Positions 25,534 through 33,922 of a stretch of 52,788 nucleotides of DNA are shown in pieces. Source of the stretch: a virus. Taxonomy: Duplodnaviria > Caudoviricetes. Position 1 is the first letter of the stretch, and each line of letters begins with the position of its first letter. The stretch spans positions 1 through 52,788 of the IMG/VR virus record IMGVR_UViG_3300030061_000976, one strand, 5' to 3'. The position numbers and the translations under genes were made by a program. Under the pieces are notes generated by a model. The model worked only from the letters and a program-made list of their open reading frames with translations, searched no databases and was not told the origin of the DNA.

Positions 25534-26089
25534 TCCAGACTTCTCACATCATCCCATCAATGATGTAAAGTGGGTTCCAATTGAGAAGGTTGAGGCCAAT
25601 GATTACAATCCTAATTCCGTGGCGGGTAAGGAGATGGGGTTATTGCATACCTCAATTAAGCATGATGGTTACACCCAGCCAATTGTTACGGTCTATGATC
25701 CGGATAGAGATGTGTACGTTATCGTGGATGGTTTCCATAGATACTTTACCTGTAAAAATAACAAGGACATAAAAGACAGCACCCACGGTCATTTGCCCGT
25801 AGTGGTTCTGGACAAAAGCATAAATGACAGGATGGCATCTACTGTTAGACATAACAGGGCGCGAGGCGCTCATAGCGTTACGGGCATGTCTAATATGGTG
25901 TTCACTATGCTAGAGAATGGATGGGCAGATGCAGATATATGCAACAAGTTGGGCATGGATGCTGATGAACTATTGAGGCTTAAACACATCACGGGATTCA
26001 GCAAGCTATTCAAGGATGCAGAATACAACAAATCGTGGGTATCAAAACATCAGATATTGTTGGCTAAAGAAAATGGTGTTAAAGCATAG
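25523..26089 (+). CDS. ibrB: IbrB-like ParB-domain protein
   Basis: ANDYNPNSVA..EM.LL..SI..DGYTQPIV, IVDGFHR, MASTVRHNRARG.H. Confidence 0.88.
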   Translation: MSDSPDFSHHPINDVKWVPIEKVEANDYNPNSVAGKEMGLLHTSIKHDGYTQPIVTVYDPDRDVYVIVDGFHRYFTCKNNKDIKDSTHGHLPVVVLDKSINDRMASTVRHNRARGAHSVTGMSNMVFTMLENGWADADICNKLGMDADELLRLKHITGFSKLFKDAEYNKSWVSKHQILLAKENGVKA

Positions 26090-26101
26090 TAGAGGTACAA
26101 A

Positions 26102-26689
26102 ATGGAACAGAGTGATAACGAAGAAACTAAATCCCTTAAGCTGACTGAGGCTATAAAAGAGGATATACGCCGTGAGTTCATACACGGCCATACTGATGAA
26201 AGCGGTGCTTTTGACTACCCAAGCATTGACTCGTTAGTTCAAAAGTACGGCGTTTCTCGTACCACTCTATATCGTTACGCCAGTAAAGAGGATTGGCAGG
26301 GGCAGAGAAACCACGTCCAAACCGAGATTGATGAGAGAATCAGGGCTACGCGGTTGAAGGATTACGTTGAGCATAGCAACCGCCTAGATGATAACGCTCT
26401 AAGGCTGGCGCAGAGCTTGATGGCCAAAGTGGCGCGAAAGATCACACAAGATGAAGAACAGCTTAGAAATGATCCTGATTATGAGGGCATGGCAGCAGGG
26501 GTGCTAGACAGGCTGGCATCTGTTGTGGGTCAGGCGCAGAAAATAGGCAAACTAGCCCTTGGTGAGGCTCAAGAGATATCAAAGGTGTCAACTAATGTTG
26601 CGATCCCCGAGTCGTTCCGAGAAATTGCTGACGAATTGGACGCGATTGCCGCAGCCAAGTCACAGAGCGGCAACCACACTTTACAGTGA
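26102..26689 (+). CDS. terS: Probable terminase small subunit
   Basis: HTH (SIDSLVQKYGVSRTTLYR) directly upstream of TerL. Confidence 0.65.
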   Translation: MEQSDNEETKSLKLTEAIKEDIRREFIHGHTDESGAFDYPSIDSLVQKYGVSRTTLYRYASKEDWQGQRNHVQTEIDERIRATRLKDYVEHSNRLDDNALRLAQSLMAKVARKITQDEEQLRNDPDYEGMAAGVLDRLASVVGQAQKIGKLALGEAQEISKVSTNVAIPESFREIADELDAIAAAKSQSGNHTLQ

Positions 26690-27890
26690 TTGGATAAGAA
26701 ATATCTCACGCCCCGAACAGGTTACGCCACCGGGGGATTGGGATGTGTGGCTTATACTTGCCGGCAGAGGGTGGGGTAAGACTCTTACTGGAGCAATGGA
26801 TGCGTTGATATACGCGCTTAAAAATCCAGAATCACAGGTGGCCGTTGTTACTCCTACCTTTGGGGATATACGAAGGGTAGCCTTCGGTGGCGTTTCCGGC
26901 ATGCTCAAGCACCTTCCTCGTGAGTGCCTTAAGTCAGGGCGTGGTCAAGGATACAACGCTTCAGCAAGCGAAATAAGGCTATACAACGGCAGCAAGATCA
27001 TGGGCTTTAGTGCAACCGAGCCGGATAGGCTACGAGGGCCGCAGTTTCATAGAGCGTGGTGTGATGAGTTGGCCGCTTGGCAGTATCCAGATACATTTGA
27101 TCAATTGCAGTTTGGGCTGCGTCTTGGGGATAAGCCTCAGTGCGTTATTACTACCACTCCTAAACCAATCCCAATGATAAGAGATTTAGCAAAACGAGCT
27201 AACATATGTATCACAAGAGGTAGCACTTTTGAGAACGCCGCTAATCTAGCTCCATCAGCGTTGGCCATGCTAGAAGAAAAATACTCCAATACAAGGCTAG
27301 GACGCCAAGAACTGTACGCTGAAATCATAGATGACATTGAAGGCGCGTTGTGGTCTCATTCTATAATAGAGGACCAGAGGGTTACAGAAGCACCGGAAAT
27401 GCAGCGCATTGTGGTTAGTATTGACCCCGCCGTCACATCTGGAGAAAACAGCGACGAAACCGGAATAATTATATCTGGAAGAGGCGTTGATAATCGATAT
27501 TATGTAATTGATGATATCTCTGGTAGGATGTCACCAGATGCGTGGGCGCAGAAAGCAGTAAATGCGTACCATGAGCATGACGCTGATAAAATTGTAGCTG
27601 AAGTTAATAACGGCGGCGATCTTGTAGAGCGTCTGATTAGAACGGTTGAATCGGGAGTGCCGTATAAAGCTATAAGATCATCCCGTGGAAAGTTACTTAG
27701 GGCAGAGCCTATATCTGCTCTATATGAGCAAGGCAAGGTCAGTCACTTGGGCGTATTTAGTGAGTTAGAGCAGCAGATGTGCGGCTACACACCGGAAACA
27801 GCCAAATCACCAGATAGGCTAGATGCCTTGGTTTTCGGTATCACTGAATTAAGCGCCTCAAGCGGGCAAGCGATGTGGAGGGTATCATAA
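26559..27890 (+). CDS. terL: Terminase large subunit (phage B); start codon uncertain
   Basis: AGRGWGKT, LRGPQF, WCDE, TTTP, SIDPA, AEVNNGG, SPDRLDA. Confidence 0.93.
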   Translation: MVRLKRYQRCQLMLRSPSRSEKLLTNWTRLPQPSHRAATTLYSDWIRNISRPEQVTPPGDWDVWLILAGRGWGKTLTGAMDALIYALKNPESQVAVVTPTFGDIRRVAFGGVSGMLKHLPRECLKSGRGQGYNASASEIRLYNGSKIMGFSATEPDRLRGPQFHRAWCDELAAWQYPDTFDQLQFGLRLGDKPQCVITTTPKPIPMIRDLAKRANICITRGSTFENAANLAPSALAMLEEKYSNTRLGRQELYAEIIDDIEGALWSHSIIEDQRVTEAPEMQRIVVSIDPAVTSGENSDETGIIISGRGVDNRYYVIDDISGRMSPDAWAQKAVNAYHEHDADKIVAEVNNGGDLVERLIRTVESGVPYKAIRSSRGKLLRAEPISALYEQGKVSHLGVFSELEQQMCGYTPETAKSPDRLDALVFGITELSASSGQAMWRVS

Positions 27891-29815
27891 TGGGCCTTAA
27901 AGAAGCATGGGGTGCGCTATTTAACGCTCCTCAAAATCAACCTAGGCAAATCAAAGAGGGGCCGGTTGTTGCATATGCGAATGTAGGCACAAGGGTGGCC
28001 CCTAAAGAACGGTATGACCAACTTGCTACAGATGGGTATATCCAGAACGCTATTGTCTATCGTTGTGTTAATGAGATAGCGCAGGGTTCGGCGGCTGTTA
28101 AGTTTCAGCTAATGCGTGGAGATCAACCTATTGAAGATAGCGCAATACTGGACTTACTGAACCGGCCTAATCCTATGGCCAACGGGTCAGAGTTCTTTCA
28201 AGAGGTCTATAGCTACCTTCTGTTGTCAGGCAACTCGTTTGTTATGAAGAGCGGTCCAGATCAGGGAAATCCAAGGGAACTTTACACGCTGCGTCCTGAC
28301 AGGGTTCAAGTTGTACCCGGCAAAAGAGAAATACCAGATCGTTACGATTATGTAGTCAACGGTAAGACCGCAGCTACATATCCGGTAGATTCTACAACGG
28401 GTGAATCAGATATAAAGCAAATTAAGCTGTTCAATCCGTTGAATGACTTTTATGGGCTTAGTCCGGTCATGCCCGCCGCCGTGGATATTGACCAGCACAA
28501 TTTGAGCAATCGCCATAACGTGGCTCTGCTGATGAATGGTGCGCGTCCATCAGGTGCAGTGGTTTACAAGCCGAAAGACGAAAGCGGCAGCATGACGATG
28601 CTGACAGAAGCCCAACGTGACCAGCTAAGATCAGACCTTACACAGCGTTTTGAAAAGACGGAAAATGCTGGCCGTACAATGATATTAGAAGGGGATTTTG
28701 ATTATAAAGAGATGGGTATGACACCCAAGGACATGGACTTCAGTTCAATGAAGAATATGTCAGCGCGTGATATCGCCCTGTGCTTTGGTGTTCCGGGTCA
28801 GCTTGTCGGCATACCTGACTCCCAAACATACGCGAACATGGCAGAAGCTAGGCTGGCGCTGTATGAAGAAACAATCATTCCGATGCTGCGTCATATTGAA
28901 AGCGATATGAATGAATGGCTAGTGCCATCATTTGGAGATGATAGCATTAAGTTGACTTATAACATTGACGATATCCCGGCTATCGCAGAACGGCGACGCA
29001 TGGTCTATGATAATGTTATACGGGCGGTTGATACTGGCATTATTACTCGAAATGAAGCTAGGGAGCGTTTGAATCTGGAGCCGTTACAGGGCGGGGATGA
29101 TGCCTATATACCAGCTAATTTATTTCCTTTGGGACAGCCAGAACCCGCACCATCGCAGCCAGCTAATGAAGAAGAAGCAGAGAAACTGGCGGAAGAGGCT
29201 TATGGCTCTCAATCTGATGGTACAGAGAAGAGCATGGAGCTTCATTTCACGCAAGAACAGGCAGAAGCCAGAGCGCAGCAAATTGGATGCGTAGGCAGTC
29301 ACACCCACGATATTAATGGCATGACCTATTATATGCCCTGCGGATCACATGATGCCTATCATGAAGCTATGGGTATAAAAATACCATCCAAGTCAGACAG
29401 CGTTGTACAGCCGCTTTTCAAGGCAATTGACACCAAGCCTACCGCTGGCATGGCTGAAGCCGCTGAGCGGGCGTTAAAATGGCGTGAAGAGTACAATAGG
29501 GGCGGCACAGGGGTCGGAGTGAGGCGGGCAAGGCAGCTTGTGGCCAGAGATAGCCTAAGTGACCGAGATGTGCTGGATATGTTTAGTTTCTTTTCACGGC
29601 ATGAGGTTGATAAGCAAGCGGAAGGGTTTAGTGAGGGAGAAGATGGCTTTCCATCCGCTGGCCGAATTGCTTGGGACTTGTGGGGTGGGGATGGTGGTTT
29701 CCGCTGGTCTAGTCGCAAGCGGGATCAGATTATGAAGGAACGGGAGAAGTCATCTAATGGTGGCCCTGAAAAAGAAAAGAGCGATACGCCTATCCCCGTT
29801 GCGGGAATATCGTGA
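27890..29815 (+). CDS. HK97-family portal protein with C-terminal extension
   Basis: VYRCVN.IA, LLNRPNP, YGLSP, NGARPSG, IALCFGVP, ITRNEAR; about 220 extra C-terminal residues. Confidence 0.92.
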   Translation: MGLKEAWGALFNAPQNQPRQIKEGPVVAYANVGTRVAPKERYDQLATDGYIQNAIVYRCVNEIAQGSAAVKFQLMRGDQPIEDSAILDLLNRPNPMANGSEFFQEVYSYLLLSGNSFVMKSGPDQGNPRELYTLRPDRVQVVPGKREIPDRYDYVVNGKTAATYPVDSTTGESDIKQIKLFNPLNDFYGLSPVMPAAVDIDQHNLSNRHNVALLMNGARPSGAVVYKPKDESGSMTMLTEAQRDQLRSDLTQRFEKTENAGRTMILEGDFDYKEMGMTPKDMDFSSMKNMSARDIALCFGVPGQLVGIPDSQTYANMAEARLALYEETIIPMLRHIESDMNEWLVPSFGDDSIKLTYNIDDIPAIAERRRMVYDNVIRAVDTGIITRNEARERLNLEPLQGGDDAYIPANLFPLGQPEPAPSQPANEEEAEKLAEEAYGSQSDGTEKSMELHFTQEQAEARAQQIGCVGSHTHDINGMTYYMPCGSHDAYHEAMGIKIPSKSDSVVQPLFKAIDTKPTAGMAEAAERALKWREEYNRGGTGVGVRRARQLVARDSLSDRDVLDMFSFFSRHEVDKQAEGFSEGEDGFPSAGRIAWDLWGGDGGFRWSSRKRDQIMKEREKSSNGGPEKEKSDTPIPVAGIS

Positions 29816-31577
29816 GGTAAATCGGTTAAGGTCAGGGCTAGAACGCTCTTACACTTTTCGTTTAATACGGCTGTTCTCTGAAATTGGCAATCAAGCGGCT
29901 GACGCAGTTGAGTCGGGCGGTGTATCGGGGGCTAGAGGTCTCTATCCTGATATATTTAGACGTATGGATTCAACTCTTGGGCAGCTATACGAGGAGACCA
30001 TCAAAGTTTTCTCTGACCGCGCAATTGCGAATAGACGATCTGCAAAAGCGGTTGCATCATTTGAGGACATCTTTGCCGCCTTCATACGAACGCGGGGGGC
30101 GCAGAGGGTTACGGAAATAAGCACCACCACTCAGCGCATCATACAAAGCACCATTGAGAGGAACAGCACGGCGGGGGTTGACGTAATTGCTAGGGCAATA
30201 CGGGATAGGTTTGAGCCAAGGTTTAGCAGGGCAAGAGCAACCACTATAGCCAGAACAGAAATACACAACGCATCATCTTTTGCCACGCATGAGCAACAAA
30301 AATCTTTCGGTGTCCCTGAGATGCAAAAGCAGTGGATGGCTAACACAGATGGCAGGACACGGGGAACACATGCGGCGGCTAGTGGCCAGCAAGTAGGTAT
30401 TGACGAGGATTTCATAGTAGGCGGTCGCAAGATGGCTTACCCCGGCGATCCAAGAGGGGGGCCGGCAGAGGTAATAAATTGTCGTTGTGTCCTGTTATAT
30501 GTTGAGCCGGAAGAAGAGGTAGAAGAAGCCCCGACTGTGGTAGTAGCGGCCAACCCTAAGCGCAAGCCTAAGATGGTAGGCATTGATGAGATACAGATCA
30601 TAGCCAAGGCGTTGGCTGTTGATCGTATGGTTGAGCGCTTTGGGGTGGCGCAGTCTAGGTTTTTAGAGCGCGATCCAGATGGGCTTTCTGGTATAACGAG
30701 CAGATTTAGAGGCCGCGCTGCCACAGATTTTGGCAAAGCTAAAGCGGGAACGCTATCCAAAGAGGCTACATCCATAGTTAATGCCTTGCTGGAGGAGACT
30801 GATCAGTTAGCCGACATCACGGGGGTTTTGCCTTTGCGCGGCTTGAAGGGCATCAGGGGGGATGGTGCTCTAGCGGATATGGGTGATGCAGTCATTGGCA
30901 TCAAAGGCAAGCAGTTCAGTGCGCTGGCAGATAAGGCGGTAAAAGGTAAAGATAAGGATGTTGCACTAGCATCAACTAATCGACGTATTGACGAACTTAC
31001 GAAAGAAAAGACTGATATCGTAATTGATACGGATAAAAGACTAGGCGGTCTTGAGGTAGCTTTTCCCAAGTATGTTAAGACCAGAGACGGTCAGTCCGGC
31101 GGTCTGAACCAAGAAGATTTTGACTTCTTCGTATTCTCAAGACGTAGACATGCAGAGATTGATGATGAACTGTATGAACTTCGCAGACAAAAATCACTTA
31201 CAGAAGGCGTTCCGCCAGACGGATGGAAGTGGGGGGATGAGATATCCGGTAGACCTTGGACATCAGATGCTTATTTTTCTGATCCATTAGATAAGATTCG
31301 AAGCACTATCTACCATGAGTTTGGTCACAATGTTCATCAACAGTATTTGGTGATCAACAGGGGTACTTACTTCGCGCCGGAAGTTGAGAAGTGGATGAAG
31401 TCCAATGCCAAGCGCGGTACTCGCAAGTCAGCGACTCGATACGGTGACAAGAATGAACGGGAATGGTTTGCTGAGAACTTCAGTATGTACTTTATGGATC
31501 GTGAGGATTTAGTAGACCCACTTTTTATACGTCTCATAGAATCTATTATAAACAAGAGGCCATTCCCAGATGTCTAA
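29757..31577 (+). CDS. MuF/SPP1 gp7 head morphogenesis protein fused to a zincin metallopeptidase
   Basis: IARTE, KQW...DGRTR.TH, PGDP...EVINCRC; C-terminal YHEFGHNVH and RYG..NEREWFAENF. Confidence 0.85.
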   Translation: MVALKKKRAIRLSPLREYREVNRLRSGLERSYTFRLIRLFSEIGNQAADAVESGGVSGARGLYPDIFRRMDSTLGQLYEETIKVFSDRAIANRRSAKAVASFEDIFAAFIRTRGAQRVTEISTTTQRIIQSTIERNSTAGVDVIARAIRDRFEPRFSRARATTIARTEIHNASSFATHEQQKSFGVPEMQKQWMANTDGRTRGTHAAASGQQVGIDEDFIVGGRKMAYPGDPRGGPAEVINCRCVLLYVEPEEEVEEAPTVVVAANPKRKPKMVGIDEIQIIAKALAVDRMVERFGVAQSRFLERDPDGLSGITSRFRGRAATDFGKAKAGTLSKEATSIVNALLEETDQLADITGVLPLRGLKGIRGDGALADMGDAVIGIKGKQFSALADKAVKGKDKDVALASTNRRIDELTKEKTDIVIDTDKRLGGLEVAFPKYVKTRDGQSGGLNQEDFDFFVFSRRRHAEIDDELYELRRQKSLTEGVPPDGWKWGDEISGRPWTSDAYFSDPLDKIRSTIYHEFGHNVHQQYLVINRGTYFAPEVEKWMKSNAKRGTRKSATRYGDKNEREWFAENFSMYFMDREDLVDPLFIRLIESIINKRPFPDV

Positions 31578-31752
31578 GCAGTCAGAGGCGCAACTGAAAA
31601 TGGAAGGTATCGCGGATACGATACTCAACAAATCTACGCTGTCTGATTTAGATCGTGAAATCTTAGATGAATATAAGCGGTGGAATCCATCTCAAGCTGA
31701 ATGGATTGATGAGGCTCTGTTCCTCTTTGATACAAAAGAACCGCCAGCGTGA
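31570..31752 (+). CDS. Small protein downstream of MuF toxin (candidate immunity)
   Basis: 60 aa; overlaps the MuF stop; AGAGG RBS. Confidence 0.5.
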   Translation: MSKQSEAQLKMEGIADTILNKSTLSDLDREILDEYKRWNPSQAEWIDEALFLFDTKEPPA

Positions 31753-31783
31753 ACTGACGGCTCTTATTGAACTTTGGATTTTT

Positions 31784-32164
31784 TTAAGAGTGGAGCAACA
31801 TATCATCATCTGTTGCGGTGTAAGGAATATTTTTCCTCACATGAAGGTCCGCTTGATCTCTAGTCATTTGATTACGGCCTTCAAGAGTTTGTGGATAACC
31901 GCGTTTTTTGAGGATTTTGCAAGCGTTGGGGGAAACGTAACCCTTGCTTTCAAGAATCTTCAAAGGTGCGTAAGAACATGAAATAGAATTTTGACTGCCA
32001 AGTAAGTCAAAGTATTCCTCAACGGTGAAGTTCTCACGAAGGAACTTCTTGAAGGCAACCACGCCGCCGTTTTTGAATCGAGCAACGAAGCGGCGGTCAA
32101 TGCCTTCACCGTAATGAAGGTACATTCCACTGTAGTCAAAATTTTTGTTTACGAATTTAGTCAT
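31784..32164 (-). CDS. Hypothetical early protein
   Basis: Own promoter and CACACAGGAG RBS. Confidence 0.75.
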   Translation of the reverse strand: MTKFVNKNFDYSGMYLHYGEGIDRRFVARFKNGGVVAFKKFLRENFTVEEYFDLLGSQNSISCSYAPLKILESKGYVSPNACKILKKRGYPQTLEGRNQMTRDQADLHVRKNIPYTATDDDMLLHS

Positions 32165-32197
32165 TGGTTTCTCCTGTGTGTGTGTGCTTACTCATCT

Positions 32198-32226
32198 AAT
32201 ATAGGAAATGCTGGACATGGTGTCAA
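32198..32226 (-). promoter_or_regulatory. Sigma70-type promoter with GACA-N3-TGTC box
   Basis: TTGACA-ccatgtccagcatttcc(17)-TATATT. Confidence 0.8.
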
Positions 32227-32247
32227 CTATTTATTATGATTTTAGGC

Positions 32248-32309
32248 AAAAAAAATCGCCACCCGAAAGTGGCGAAGTTTCAACAGGGAGGAGTAGTCAG
32301 AAACGCATT
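32248..32309 (-). ncRNA. suhB/alpha-r8 (MmgR)-like 3'-UTR RNA with terminator
   Basis: CUCCUCCCUGUUGAAACU-UCGCCAC-UUUCGG-GUGGCGA-U8. Confidence 0.45.
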
Positions 32310-32627
32310 TTACGAAACCCTGTTCCAGTTAGCAAGGGCTTGCACCTGTGTAAGGTAATCAGACAGCGCATCACAGCCCTCTAGGTTGTGCGCCCCAACA
32401 TACCAATCATATTGCCCTTTGGGGGTGGAGTCCTGATGGCGGTCATATACGCAGACCGTGTGCAGAGTATCGTAATCATCTTCAATCTCTACACGCCACT
32501 CAACAGTGGAGCCATCAAGCCCTTCGGTTATTGGCTCGCCTAGCGCATCGACTAGGTCATAGTAGGTGGAAGCGATACGCCCCTTTAGGGACGTACCAGC
32601 CACATCATCAATTTGCTCAATATGCAT
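32310..32627 (-). CDS. Hypothetical protein
   Basis: GTSLKG.I...Y.DLV..LGEP...VEW...VYD..W.VG; AGGAG RBS. Confidence 0.7.
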   Translation of the reverse strand: MHIEQIDDVAGTSLKGRIASTYYDLVDALGEPITEGLDGSTVEWRVEIEDDYDTLHTVCVYDRHQDSTPKGQYDWYVGAHNLEGCDALSDYLTQVQALANWNRVS

Positions 32628-32653
32628 AGGTCACCATCTCCTTCTCCTGTTAA

Positions 32654-32869
32654 TTATTTAGCTGATTTAGCCAATTCATTATATTTAAGATAGGTGTTTA
32701 GCAGCTTCATGTACCGCTTGTATTCTGCGCTGTCGCGACCGGCTCGTTTTGCGCGGCGCTCAAGGCCAATGGCAATCTTTAGATATCCGTTGGCTTTGCC
32801 GCTGTAGTAGTGGACGGGGCGCCGGTTAGCGGGTGCCGGTTCAATCTGATATCCGTTGTATGTGGTCAT
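32654..32869 (-). CDS. Hypothetical basic early protein
   Basis: Start MTTYNG after CACACAGGAG RBS and promoter. Confidence 0.65.
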   Translation of the reverse strand: MTTYNGYQIEPAPANRRPVHYYSGKANGYLKIAIGLERRAKRAGRDSAEYKRYMKLLNTYLKYNELAKSAK

Positions 32870-32897
32870 CGGTTTCTCCTGTGTGTTTGCTACCCAT

Positions 32898-32928
32898 AAG
32901 ATATAGCAAATAACGGACACCTTGTCAA
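32898..32928 (-). promoter_or_regulatory. Sigma70-type promoter with GACA-N3-TGTC box
   Basis: TTGACA-aggtgtccgttatttgc(17)-TATATC. Confidence 0.75.
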
Positions 32929-32992
32929 CTATTATTTTTACAGGGTATAAAAAACTTTACACTAAAGATGTACAGCTACATTTTTTAGGCTG

Positions 32993-33020
32993 TTGACAGG
33001 ATATGATCTAATGATAGACT
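32993..33020 (+). promoter_or_regulatory. Candidate promoter restarting the head operon
   Basis: TTGACA-16-TAGACT upstream of the protease; lacks the TGTC half-site. Confidence 0.5.
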
Positions 33021-33044
33021 GTTGACTGTCTAAAGGACTGTTGT

Positions 33045-33911
33045 ATGCCGATTTTGAAGCCATCTCCCGGTGAGGGTGAACAGGATTTTATGAGTCGTTG
33101 TATGGGCGATGATAAAATGGCCTCAGAGTTTCCAAGCAGGAACCAACGAGCGGCAGTGTGTTCTTCCAGCTATCAAGAGGGTTCAAAAATGTCCGATGAG
33201 GTCATTGAGTCAGTGGAAACTGATGAGGTTGTTGGTGAATTTGAAAGCAAGTTCATTCAATTTGATCTGAAGGCGTACAATGATGAAGATGACGAAGAGA
33301 AGGGCGGCTTCTCTGGATACGGATCAATTTTTGGAAATAAAGATTTAGGCAATGATGTTGTAGAGGCGGGAGCCTTTGCTAAGTCATTACGGCGGCGTAA
33401 GCCCAAGGAAGTCAAACTTCTTTGGCAGCACAAGCAGGATATGCCGATAGGCGTATTCGATACAATTTCAGAGGACGGAGATGGACTTGCGGTTAAGGGC
33501 CGCTTGGCTCTCGGTACTCAACAGGGCCGTGAGGCTTATGAGCTAATGAAGATGGGCGCACTTGATGGCCTATCTATCGGTTACAGGGCTGACCCCAACA
33601 AGCAGGAATACGATAGCCGTCGTAGGCGTCGTATGCTTAAAGAGGTTGACCTTATGGAGATTAGTCTAGTCACCTTCCCAATGAACCCTAAAGCTAGGGT
33701 TTCAGCGGTTAAGGGCGAAGATTGGACTATTCGCGAATGGGAGGGTTTCCTTCGGGATGAAGGCAACTTGAGCCGTTCAGATTCTAAGGCTTGTGCGAAA
33801 GCAATCATTACCACAATCACACAACAGCGGGATGCTGGTGGAAGTGACACAGAGATTGTTTCCCTTTTGGGAGGTCTCGCAAGCATCATTCAACCCACAT
33901 CTTCTGATTAA
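33045..33911 (+). CDS. HK97-family prohead protease with short N-terminal extra domain
   Basis: FSGYGS.FG, LLWQH, GLSIGY, L.EISLVTFPMN; N-terminal P....E..FMSRCM...QR.AVC. Confidence 0.92.
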   Translation: MPILKPSPGEGEQDFMSRCMGDDKMASEFPSRNQRAAVCSSSYQEGSKMSDEVIESVETDEVVGEFESKFIQFDLKAYNDEDDEEKGGFSGYGSIFGNKDLGNDVVEAGAFAKSLRRRKPKEVKLLWQHKQDMPIGVFDTISEDGDGLAVKGRLALGTQQGREAYELMKMGALDGLSIGYRADPNKQEYDSRRRRRMLKEVDLMEISLVTFPMNPKARVSAVKGEDWTIREWEGFLRDEGNLSRSDSKACAKAIITTITQQRDAGGSDTEIVSLLGGLASIIQPTSSD

Positions 33912-33922
33912 AGGAGGACAAA

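Noticed and set aside
32175-32186. (TG)n microsatellite as a phase-variation tract
   Set aside because: Short, and explained as an extension of the CACACAGGAG leader motif
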